A stretch of 63,529 bases of DNA, counting the filler, from Reclinomonas americana ATCC 50394 (lineage: Eukaryota): the NCBI GenBank assembly GCA_048213135.1. It is 11 parts of 10 records of this genome, joined end to end, with 100 filler letters (N's around TTAATTAATTAA, not from the genome) between each part and the next. Parts side by side here need not be neighbours in the genome. Positions count along the whole stretch, not along the records: positions 39,969 to 53,471 come from PS016004.1; positions 53,572 to 56,301 come from AFZH01016418.1; positions 56,402 to 58,487 come from AFZH01016419.1; positions 58,588 to 60,803 come from PS016006.1; positions 60,904 to 63,529 come from AFZH01016427.1; 6 more parts are not named here. The stretch is one strand, 5' to 3'. Under the pieces are notes generated by a model, which saw nothing but the letters and a program-made list of their open reading frames with translations, was not told where the DNA came from and ran no database searches. The translations under genes and the position numbers were made by a program. Shown piece by piece: positions 52,661 through 63,529 of the stretch (positions within the stretch are counted from its first letter, which is position 1; each line of letters begins with the position of its first letter).

Positions 52661-53571
52661 GTGACGCTTTGCAGTGAATGAGCGCGAGGAGACAGGTGAG
52701 GAGAGGACGTGCCTTGTTGTTGTTGGTAGGATTGTCGTTGTGCCATGGCGTGCTCGTGGGGAGGGAAGAGAACGATTGAAAGCGTGCATGGGAATCTTTG
52801 AAGATGCGTTGTCCTGAATGGAAACGAACAGCGTTCATGTTGCCCGGTTGGGCTGGTCGTCGGTGGGCGGTGGAGTGAGGAAATGGTGCTATGAGGCTGT
52901 GGTGCACGCTGACGAGGCGATCGGAGAGGGCAGGGAATGCGGAGCGTCCTTATATCTGCCATATCGGACATCATGCAATGCATTGCAATTGTCGAGATTG
53001 AAAGCATTGTGGACGTAACACGCAGTGGAAGTATGCCGAGAGTGGCAACACACTGACTGATGGGTGGTCGTCAGGATCCGCAGGCTGGACTCGGAGTGTC
53101 GAATTTCGCGATCGCGCGTGAACTCTTGCAATTGCTGTGCCTTCGATCGCGATATCCCTCCAAGGTTGCATGAAGGCAAGCATTCGATTTCATGTGGGAG
53201 GCCAGGTGTGTTGGTGGTCAGGGGCTCGCTTGCAGACGAACCGGGATGCTCCATCTTGTGGCGATTTGACGCGATTGCAATTGAAACCGCAGCGATAGCA
53301 GTTTCGATCCGGGATCGGTCCCTTTCGCGAGAATGGTTCGCAAAACGGAGAGCTTTGTGCACACCAATTTACCTTTGCTATGAGCCTGGCTGCGCATGCC
53401 CTGCACTCTAGCCGCAAGTCATCGTTCCGATATCGATCGCGATCGGAACGAATTTCAGCGTGGCTGCCTGTNNNNNNNNNNNNNNNNNNNNNNNNNNNNN
53501 NNNNNNNNNNNNNNNTTAATTAATTAANNNNNNNNNNNNNNNNNNNNNNNNNNNNNNNNNNNNNNNNNNNN

Positions 53572-55133
53572 TCACTGGTGGATGAACAGACGATCGGCGA
53601 CTACTACCGCACACATGGCCTCACGCAGTGCCCGTATGCATGCGAGAGATGTGGACAACAGATGACGCTCGATCGCACCGCGGAGCACGAGTGGAGTGGA
53701 TGCTTGCGCGAGTGTCCACTCGGATGTGGAGCAAGGATGGCACTGAGTGAGATGGTGGAGCACAGCTGGAGTGGGTGCATGCGAGCGTGCCCGCGTGGTT
53801 GTCAGCAGCGATGTTCGCTGGCGGAGATGCAGCGCCATCTTGGTGAGTGTTTGCTTGAAGAACAGAGGTGTGTGTCATGACGTTGACGTGTTGTCTCTCG
53901 TGGCAGAGACGGAGTGTCGACTGCAGCACACAGTGTGTCGTGGTGGTGAACTGGGTTGTGGATGGCGCGGTATTGTTGGTGAGAGGGAGGAACATGAGCG
54001 AGTGTGCGATGTACTGCGAGTGGAGCGACCACTGCGAGAGGTGAGTTTGGAATGATGGGCAGTGGGTGCTGCTGATCGTTGAAGCAGCTGAGTGGGTTCT
54101 GTTTATGTGCACAGTTGCATGGCCGAATGCGAGAGCTTTCACAGCTGGTGGCTCTGGAGAGGGAGGCGAGACAAGCTTCCGATGAGCAGCTCGTCCAGTG
54201 CCGTCAGCAACTGCAGACAACAGATGAGCGACTTGCTGCGTGCACTGAGCAACTTGGATCTGAGCGTCGCATGCGCGAAGCTCTTGAGAGAGGTGTTGCG
54301 GAGGTGTGTTGCATGAACCCCACTGAATTATTCGAGTACTCCCCTCACTCCTGTCCATCTTCAGCTGCTTGCCCGTCTCGAGCCACTGGAGATGCGTGAA
54401 CGAGCGATACAAGAACGAGAGGCGGCTGAACGGGAGCGTCTGGCCAGAGAGCAGGAAGAGCGGGAGCGGCAAGCCAGAGAGAGGGAAGTGCGAGAGCTGG
54501 CGGAGAGGAAGATTGACAGCGATCTGCTGAGTGCGGCGGATGGACGAGTGGTGCTGCAATGGGTGCAGCAGGCGCGAGGCGGTAGAAGTGTGCCCAAGTT
54601 GACGTTGCTGTTCAAGGGCAGTCGAGATGGATTTGCTGCAGCCACATTCCATCAGCGATGTGACAATCGTGGGTAAGTGATAAAGGAGAGGAGGGAGAGG
54701 CAGCTTGTCTTGCTCAGTGACTGAGTGAGTAATCGTGCGCAGACCAACACTCGTCGTCGTCAAGTCGTCGACAGGACGAGTGTGTGGTGGGTACACGCCT
54801 GTCTCGTGGCAGTCACCTGCTTCATGGGGTCTCTTCGCCGATCCGTCTGGCGCCAGCTTCTTATTCTCTGCAGCGTGGAGTGGTGCGAGTGCGCGGCGCT
54901 TTGCTCTGAAGGGTGACAAGAAAGATCAAGCCGTTGCTCACCACTCTGGATACGGACCATGGTTTGCAGGCGGAAATGACCTTATCTTGTTCGAAAACTG
55001 CAACGGCAACAGCAGCAGTTACAGCAGCCCACGTAATTACCAGAGCACCGACGGTGGAGCATATGACAACACAACCCTGATGGGAGCGCAGTACTTCCAA
55101 GTGGCAGACTACGAAGTATTCCTCGTTGAGTGA
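53572..55133 (+). CDS. TRAF-type zinc finger + coiled coil + TLDc domain protein (5' partial)
   Basis: Repeated CPxGC..HxxxxC fingers. TLDc LLFKGSRDGFAAATFHQRCDNRGPTLVVVKS..GGYT, YGPWF, YEVF. Confidence 0.85.
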
Positions 55134-55481
55134 AAACAAGAACGCGCATGCATGCGTGGTGCCTGCATCTCGCAGCCACGCAGCGCTGCTGCCCCTCTAT
55201 CAATGCTTGTCTCGAGCCTTGCGATAGGTTTCTGTTGCAGAAATGCCAGTATGCAATCACTGTGTCTCTATCTGCTGCTCACTCAAGATGGTGCTCATCA
55301 GGGCTGCTATCTCCCGCCACATGTACACCTCATACACCGAATTTGCGCACCCACAACCGGCAATTTTCCGCGCGCGTTTTTTTGTTTGGCCGCCACGCAC
55401 GCGCCTCATTGCGGCGCACGCAGCCTCCCTAAAAAAGCTCCCTCTCTCCCACAGCAGACAATGGGTGTGCGCACACGCAAA

Positions 55482-55877
55482 ATGAGCGCGCACCCCGCGC
55501 TCTTGCAAACTCCGTGCACTGCTGCAGCCCGGTGAGCGCACACCACCAGTGTGGTCGCAACACACACACGCAGCCACACTCACACTCACATCGATGGAGA
55601 GCGCACACGTGATCTCACACACTCACACACAGAAAGCGACTGCTGCACCTGATCAGTCATGAGTGAACGTTGCGTTTTGCTCTCTTTCTCTCTCTCTCAT
55701 TGTGTGCATGACACTCACTGACACGCTCTACAGCGGAAAGCATTTTCGCGGGAGCCAATCGTTGCGACTTCTTATCTCTCTCTTTCTCTCACAGACTCTC
55801 ACACTCATTCTCACACACTATGTGTGTGTGTGTGGTGCACAGCGCTGCACACGACACTCGGCCTGTTCCTCGTGCAG
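55482..55877 (+). pseudogene. 5' fragment of a second CPA2 cation/H+ antiporter paralog, cut off by the inverted-repeat element or the gap
   Basis: Exons 55734-55760 (ESIFAGAN) and 55843-55877 (LHTTLGLFLVQ) match exons at 59086-59112 and ~59205-59239. No continuation is visible. Confidence 0.6.
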
Positions 55878-55913
55878 GTGCGTGTGTGAGAGAGAGAATC
55901 TCGAGTGCGCCTA

Positions 55914-57997
55914 CACAGCCAGGACTGTCCCGTGTCGTACGGCACCGTATCAATTCGGCAACGGTGCCGTCCGGCACCGTCCGGTGAAAATCCTCCCTTA
56001 GTGAACCCTTACATGCAACCAATGAATACGGTACCGTCCACGGTACCGGCTCGGCACCGTCCGGGCACATTTCTCCCACTTCCCTCTGCATAGCCCGGCC
56101 CGGCAGTCGACAAAAAAGGAGAAAAAACTCACCAGTTCTGCAGAATGAAGCTCATCCGGCGTCGTCCGGTGCCGGCACGGTGCCCATTTTTAGCCGCGGC
56201 TGCCCGCCCCCGGCCGCCCCCGCCCCCGCTCCGCTTTGCATGCGCTCCCTTGCCCCACCACCCACCAACTGCAACAGGCGATGGATTCACTCATACACAT
56301 TNNNNNNNNNNNNNNNNNNNNNNNNNNNNNNNNNNNNNNNNNNNNTTAATTAATTAANNNNNNNNNNNNNNNNNNNNNNNNNNNNNNNNNNNNNNNNNNN
56401 NCCACGTTGTTCCCATCGTGTGAGTGAGGACTTGTTTGTTTGAGCATTTTTCCGAGCATGTCACTCACCGAAGAGACCGTTGTCTGTAGCAGCGCAGTGA
56501 ACCACTCTGCACCTTGGCACTCTGCACCCTTGGTGCGTGCCTTGCTACCTGCGAGCTTGTGGCGACGCACATCATGCATGATCTCTTTGAGGTTTGGCTG
56601 TTGTTGTGTCCTCGCACACACTTCTCATCTCATGTGAGCACTCGTAACCTCTTGCGCCATCTGTTCTCTCTCTCGTTGAGCAGCTTTGGCACCAGTGCTG
56701 CAATGCTCTACATGCAGCGATCGGTGTGACTGAGCCTGTTTCCAGGAGCCCTCATTGTATCTGGCCCGTCTTCTTCTCCGCAGCGTCGTCTTCGTTGTTA
56801 CGTTTTGACACCGTTGCAGTGCCACTCGTGTCGTCGGTATCCATGAGTAGTGCGTGCTCCCGGCGACTGCGATGTGCGCCGTGGTGTGCTAGTTTGTGGC
56901 AGACATGTCTCCTGGTAATGTCTCCGTTCTCTACGAGGTTAGCAAAAGCTGTGAAGTGCCATGTGCTGCATGATCACGGTTGGTTGACACTGAATCGCAG
57001 TGGCTTCTTGCTCAACCGAGCAACAGCATTGACGATGGCGCAGTCGAGGAACCAAGTGGCACAGACTGCATTCGGCTTGATGGTGAGTCTCACTCTCCGC
57101 TGCAGTCCTCCTGCTGACTTGATGCACAGATGCATTGCGAGACACTGCGCTCTGTACGAATTGCACGTTCTCATGCGATTTTCGCCGTGCAGATACTCGC
57201 TCATCTTCGTGGAGGCTCAGTGGAGTTCGTTCACGGCAATGTGTTTCAAGACTTGACTGCATCGCTGCCGAATGACGGGTGCTTGCGTCTCCGCTTGACG
57301 GTGGATCGGCTGTTTACGATCGTGCCCAGACTTGCTTGTGGAACGCTTGTGACGCTGGATGGCTCTTTGCATGTGCTGCTTCCGAGCTGTTACAAGGAGG
57401 AGGTCGATCTCGTCTGATGACAGTGATGCGGAGGTGCTGGATCCTTCTGGAGTGGAGCTGGATTGTGCTAGCAGTTCGTGTGCCACCGATTGCTGGGTGA
57501 TGGATGCTTCTCGTGATTGGGGGCGCTTCCTGCGTCAACACTGCGCGAAGGACTTCACGAGTTTCCGACTCTGGCGTTTTTCTTTGTTTTTCTCTCGTAG
57601 AGCATTTTAAATGTGTATGAGTGAATCCATCGCCTGTTGCAGTTGGTGGGTGGTGGGGCAAGGGAGCGCATGCAAAGCGGAGCGGGGGCGGGGGCGGCCG
57701 GGGGCGGGCAGCCGCGGCTAAAAATGGGCACCGTCCCGGCACCGGACGACGCCGGATGAGCTTCATTCTGCAGAACTGGTGAGTTTTTTCTCCTTTTTTG
57801 TCGACTGCCGGGCCGGGCTATGCAGAGGGAAGTGGGAGAAATGTGCCCGGACGGTGCCGAGCCGGTACCGTGGACGGTACCGTATTCATTGGTTGCATGT
57901 AAGGGTTCACTAAGGGAGGATTTTCACCGGACGGTGCCGGACGGCACCGTTGCCGAATTGATACGGTGCCGTACGACACGGGACAGTCCTGGCTGTG
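55914..57997. mobile_element. Putative non-autonomous DNA transposon ends: 388-bp inverted repeats (55914-56301 and 57610-57997) with CACAGCC termini flanked by TA
   Basis: Near-identical inverted arms (TA|CACAGCC...GGCTGTG|TA) with internal CGGCACCGT/ACGGTGCC motifs. No transposase motif found. Gap inside. Confidence 0.7.
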
Positions 57998-58726
57998 TAG
58001 AGTCGTATACAACGATCATGAACTGCTCCGTCGTCAAATAGATTTGCTGACGCAATGAGCGCAAGTGCCAGCGCCGCAGCTGGCTCAAGTTCGAGTGACC
58101 CTCCTGCGCATCAGCGTGAGGATGTGTATGTGGTGCCTGTCGATCGCGAGGGTGGCCGTGGCTCGTCGTCGTCGTCGCATTTGTTGCGGCTCCTTCTTGA
58201 GTTCGTTGACGACACAACAGATTGCAGTCTCGTCCAGTCAGTTGCACATGGCATGCTCGTCGCACTCGCAAACGCCAAGAAAGGCGCTCAAGACGTCTCA
58301 TGCGAGGCCATTCTGAAAGCAACGGTGCGTATGTGTGTACATGTGACGCTCCGCGCCGATCAATCACAAATTCTCTCACTCACACTTGCCGGCCGCGATG
58401 CCACAACACGAACGCACAGCGCTCCATCCTCCAGAGCAAGATCACTGCAACCTGGACTGATGGAGGCTATTACTGTCCAGCCGATCGNNNNNNNNNNNNN
58501 NNNNNNNNNNNNNNNNNNNNNNNNNNNNNNNTTAATTAATTAANNNNNNNNNNNNNNNNNNNNNNNNNNNNNNNNNNNNNNNNNNNNCGTAACGTACGTA
58601 CGACGTAGACGTAGACGTAGACGTAAGTAACGTACGTACGTACGTTACGTTACTACTACTACGTACTACTACTACTACTACTACTCTCTCTCTCTCTCTC
58701 TCTCTCTACGTACGTCGTCGTCGTTC

Positions 58727-58798
<72 letters not shown>

Positions 58799-59085
58799 CA
58801 CTCGCCATCACATAGATCGTCGCTCTTCATGATCATCAGTTTGCGCTCAAGTGTCTGTGACAGTCAATCTTGTCATGAAACTCACTGTCTCATGTCTCAC
58901 TCTCGCAGTTGTCTCTGGCGTCGGCAGCTGCATACTTCCACCCCTTGTTGACACAGGAAAGCACAGCACAGTGCGATGGGAGACAGTTGCGCGCGAATAC
59001 GACTGATGCAGTGATTCTTGAAGATGCGATCGACGTTCTTTTTTGTGGTGCTCATTTCTCTCTCTGTGTGTCGCGATGCGTGCAG

Positions 59086-60612
59086 CGGAGAGCATTTTCT
59101 CGGGTGCCAATCGTTGCGTCGCACCTTCTTTCTTTGACATGCTTGCGAACGCAGCAATGTATCTCTTGCTTATTGCATGCATGACAACTCGCTGGTTTTC
59201 GCAGCCCTGCATACGACGCTCGGCTTGTTCCTCGTGCAGGTGCCGTCAACTGCGCTGTGCTCTTTCTTATGCTTGCATGCAGTGAATTCACAGAGCTCTC
59301 TCCATTCCACACACAGGTGGTCGTCATTCTCACCTTCACCCGCCTGCTTGCCGTGGTGTTGGCCAAGGTCCGGCAACCGAAAGTCATTGCCGAGGTCATA
59401 GGCGGCATTCTATTAGGTGCGCTCTCGTCCACCCCTTCTCTCTCTCTCTCTCTCTCTCTCCGTGTTTCGCTCTGTCCCGTGTCTCGTGATTCTGCGCATG
59501 GCCTCCCTCCCTGCAACTTGCTGACATTGGGATGCAGGACCCACCGCATTGTCACACATTACCGCCTTCAAGGAGACCATCTTCCCCGAGAGCAGCCTCA
59601 ATGTGCTCACGCTGGTGGCCAACCTCGCCCTGCTGTTCTTCTTGTATCTCGTGGGACTCGAGATGGATGTGCCGTACCTCAAGAAGAACTTGCGCTCGGC
59701 CATTATCGTTTCGGTGTCGGGCATCGTCCTCTGCGGAGTCCTCGGCATTGCTGTGGCCAAGCTGCTCTACGATTTCATGGATCGACCCTCCGTCGGCTTT
59801 GTACCATTTCTGATCTTTGTGGCGGTGGCACTCTCCATCACGGCCTTCCCTGTGCTGGCACGCATTCTCACTGATCGCAAGATGGTGCAATGCTCGGTCG
59901 GCCGTGCCACACTGTCGGCTGCCGCCTTTGGCGATGCTGCTGCGTGGTGTTTGCTGGTGCTTGTGGTGGCCATTGCCGGCAACACTGGCGACTATCTGCT
60001 GGTGTTATGGGGTGCGTCCGTACTCCGTCTTCTGTTGTTCATCACTTCTTCCCTCACCTTTCCATAGTGCTGCTGGCCGTCATTGGATGGGCGCTCTTTC
60101 TCTTCATTCTGGTGAAGCCTGTGCTGGTCAAGTTCCACAACTGGGTGCGCACACCGTCAGACAGCGCCCCTCCACTGATGGTATTCGCCATTCTGCTACT
60201 GGTTTGCATCTCCTCCTTTGTCACGCAAGCCATTGGTGTGCACGCCATTTTCGGTGCCTTTCTGGTCGGCATCATCACGCCACACGAGCACGGCTTCTCC
60301 ATCAAGCTGACGGAGAAGTTTGAGGATTTTGTCACCATCTTGTTCTTGCCGCTGGTATGTGTGCGCTGATCATCAACCATCACGAGGTGTGGCGCCTCAC
60401 CACTCTTCTCCCCTTTCATGGGCAGTACTTTGTGTCATCCGGCCTGAAGACTCGTTTCGACCAGCTGAACTCGGGCACTGCGTGGGGCCTGGCCATTTTG
60501 CTGGTGGTTCTCTCGTGCATTGGCAAGATTGTGGGGTGTGGGTTGAGCAGTCGTTGGCTCGGGCTGAAGTGGCGCGAGGCGTGGGTGGTCGGCTTCTTGA
60601 TGAACACTCGTG
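59086..60612 (+). CDS. CPA2 family K+(Na+)/H+ antiporter (KHA1/CHX-like), partial
   Basis: RQPKVIAEVIGGILLGP, FLVGLEMD, SITAFPVLARIL, GVHAIFGAFLVG, FLPLYFVSSGLKT, GKIVG, LMNTRG. Confidence 0.9.
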
Positions 60613-61002
60613 GGTACGTTGCAGGGAGAGAGAGAGAGAGAGAGAGAGAGAGGAGGAGGAGGAGGAGGAGGAGGAGGAGGAGGAGGAGGAGGAGGAGGAG
60701 GAGGACGACGTACGCTCGTCGGTACGGAGTACGTCGGTCGGTCCGGTTCGTTTCCTTTCCTTTACGTTTTAGTTCGGACTCGTCGTACTACTCCGCCTCC
60801 TCCNNNNNNNNNNNNNNNNNNNNNNNNNNNNNNNNNNNNNNNNNNNNTTAATTAATTAANNNNNNNNNNNNNNNNNNNNNNNNNNNNNNNNNNNNNNNNN
60901 NNNCGTCTTCCCCCTTCTCTTCCCCTCCCCCTTCCCCCTCCCCCTCCCCCCTTCTCCCTCCCCCTCCCCCTTCCCCTCACGCTCCCTTCTCCTACCTCAC
61001 AG

Positions 61003-61707
61003 ATCCCCGACGAAGACGCCGACGAGGACGACGAGTACGTGCGCTTGCGAAATCAGCGCCTGGCCGAGCTCAAGGCGAGAAAGGACAAGATGCAGCGCAA
61101 CTTGCAACTCGGACACGGCGAGGTGCGAGAGATTAGCGAGGAGGAATTCTTGCCGGAGGTCACCTCGGCCGAGCTGTGTGTGGTGCACTTTGCGTCGCGC
61201 GAGTTTGAGCGGTGTAAGATCATGGACCATCACTTGAAGAAGCTGGCGCCGCGGCACTTGCTCACCAAGTTCCTGCGCATCGAAGCGGTGGGTATTTTTT
61301 GTTTTATTGTGGATCTGCGTGCCCCCTGCTCACACACCACCGCCGAAACAGGAAAAGGCACCATTCTTCTCCGGCAAGCTGAACGTGCGCTCGCTGCCGA
61401 CACTGATCATCTTCCACGATGGTGTGTGTGAGAGAGAGAGTTCCTTCCCCCTTTGCACATTTCGCATTCCCCTCACTTCGTAAATGCAGGTGTGGCCAGG
61501 GATCGCGTGGTGGGCTTCCAGGACTTTGAGAATTGCGACGAGTTCCCCACGGCTCTGCTGGAGAAGCGCCTGGCCATTGGTGGTGTGGTGGAGCCGGAAA
61601 AGGTCGACGACGTGGCCATTGATACGTGGAAGGCGTCAAGGGCACGCGGCAGGACCAACGTGTTCTCGTCGGGCACCGGCGACGACTCGGATAACGAGGA
61701 TTTCTAG
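61003..61707 (+). CDS. TXNDC9: Phosducin-like/thioredoxin domain-containing protein 9 (5' partial)
   Basis: GHGEVREISEEEFL..VVHF..FERCKIMDHHL..EKAPF..LPTL..DRVVGF..LEKRL. Confidence 0.88.
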
Positions 61708-61878
61708 GTCGGCCTCGCTTGCCACACTGCCCACAGCTAATCGTCTCTTTCGCGCCTCCCGTCAGGAGCGCGCTTGTTACGCGTCCCAATACAGAAACTT
61801 ATGAAAAAATCAATGGTGCAAGAAAACAAGATTATACTGTGAAATGGATGATGGTCTAAAGGGCGCGTAGGCGTACAA

Positions 61879-63529
61879 TCACACGGGAATGTGTGCAGAG
61901 GAGGCGGAACGCCGTAGGTACCCTGACGACGCACCATCCGGCTCCTCGTCCAGCAGCTTATGCCTGCCCACGGTGGTCGACTGCAACTCGACGGCAGTCG
62001 GAGCCGCGTGATGGGCATTCTTGGACTTGCACAAAATCACCCCTCGACTGCACAGCATGTACATGATGCTGAAGAGGATGGTGGAGAGCAGCGCCACGCC
62101 GAGCGAGAGCCACATCAGCGAGTAGGGGCCGGACGCCGAGTCAAACATCTTGCCAAAGAAGAGCGGAATCGCCATCTCGCCAAAGGCCGCGCCGACCACT
62201 GCAGAGAAATGTCAGCGAAAAGCGCACAGGAGACACTTGTGCGTGCGCTTCCCTCACCAAACACACTGGCCGCAATGCCCGTGACCTCAATATACGTCTC
62301 GGCAAGGTGCACCGCAGAGGGGAAGATGCACGACATGCCGGCACCAAACAGGAACGATCCGACCCACACCACTGATCTTGAGTTCGGCATCCATGTCATC
62401 AGCACCGTGGCGAGAATGCAGCACGTCAAGTTGCCGGTGAGCAGCTTGCCGGGTGACAACACAGTGGCCAGGAAAATGGCCGCCACACGTGCTGCCGCGA
62501 AGCTTCCCCAGAACACACTGGTGAGCAGAGCGGCTGATTCCTCTGTATGGAGGAGGCGGAGAGCATGTGTGAGAGTGTGATGGGCGGAAGCAGAAGAAAA
62601 TGGACATGCACATACCCGTCAAGTGGATTGGACTCTTGACGCCGTAGGCGTAAATGTAACCGCCATAGCCGACCTCCATGCCGACGTACAGGAAGAAGAA
62701 CACGAAAAGGAAGCTCTGCGGCAATATGTGTGAGACACAGCGCGGCATCACGGATAGAGTCTCAAGAAAGCAGATGGCGTCACGTACCAGCGTCTGAACT
62801 CTGAATCCGCGATCCCTGCGCACCTCGTCGGGGAGCGAGGCGTGCACCACGTGATTTTGTGCCTCCGCACCAGTGTCCGAACTGGCGGTGCCATTGCTGG
62901 TCGTGGCTGGTGCTGCGGTGGCCGTCGGCGACACATGCACGTGCACATTGGAGGCCACTCCGCGGAAATGATTGATGAGGAGCCAGATGGCGGCTGAAAT
63001 GGGTGTCACCGCACCGATGAAGAAGGCGTAGCGCACGGTGGAGTTGGTGAGGCGCATGTCGGGATCGGGTGAATCGGTGAGGAAGGGACTGGCAATCAGC
63101 GGGGCCACAAAGGCGCCAATGCCAAACGAGGCGTGCAGCATTTGCATGTACGGCCCGCATCCAGCACCCCACAATCGCAGCAGCAACACGTTGCCGCCCG
63201 TGTCTGTGTGTGCGTAGTGAGCAATTATGTGGACGGGCGAATCACTCGCACACACTCTCACCGAGGAAGCCCATGGAGATGCCCTGCATGGTACATGAGA
63301 GCGCCAGCAGCAACAGTGTGGGAGCAATCGGTGTCAATATGGTGCCGGCCGCCGTCACCGCCAACGAGATACTTAGGACGAGTTGTGTGGGAAAGCGGAA
63401 TCGGTCAAAGGCGAAGCCACTCAGAATACTGCCGAGCAGGTAGCCGGTGCTGCGGGCCGTGAACGCGTACGCCATGCTGTCCAACTCCACGCCGAGAATG
63501 AGCGACAGTTCGACCAGTGTCGGACCCAA
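61879..63529 (-). CDS. MFS transporter, MFSD4/NaGLT1-like (5' partial)
   Basis: LGPTL, GFLDTGGNVLLLRLWG, MQMLHASFGIGAFVAP, FLYVGMEVGYGGYI, FWGSFAAAR, GAAFGEMAIP. Confidence 0.85.

Noticed and set aside
58055..58487. ORF MSASASAAAG.. after the right inverted repeat
   Set aside because: No recognisable family and truncated by a gap; not enough support to call.
58588..58730. ACGT/TACG-rich pseudo-repeat (similar at ~60705-60800)
   Set aside because: Sits at contig ends beside microsatellites and resembles pyrosequencing flow-order noise.

Overview
Gene-dense, intron-rich (mostly ~60-100 nt GT-AG introns), GC-rich eukaryotic nuclear scaffold with many N gaps (several carrying an artificial TTAATTAATTAA linker). 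It probably comes from a flagellated protist (PACRG present). About 20 genes were spliced by hand. They include PNKP, PACRG, a PH/TKL-kinase/slingshot-like phosphatase fusion, an AGPAT, a mei2-like gene, REEP, a DEK1-like multi-TM calpain, RPL35A, an LCM-type methyltransferase, a selenocysteine-lyase-like/selenophosphate-synthetase fusion, a GT13 GlcNAc transferase, a GPR1/FUN34/YaaH transporter, a TRAF-Zn/TLDc protein, CPA2 antiporters, TXNDC9 and an MFSD4-like gene. There is also a 388-bp inverted repeat pair flanked by TA and several minisatellites. The most striking signals concern splicing. Roughly 30 donors carry the consensus shifted by one base (GT-T-GCGT) and almost all of them follow a non-G last exon base. 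The calpain catalytic motif can only be built in frame with a single-nucleotide exon. All gene models are manual, unverified by transcripts, and their boundaries are approximate.
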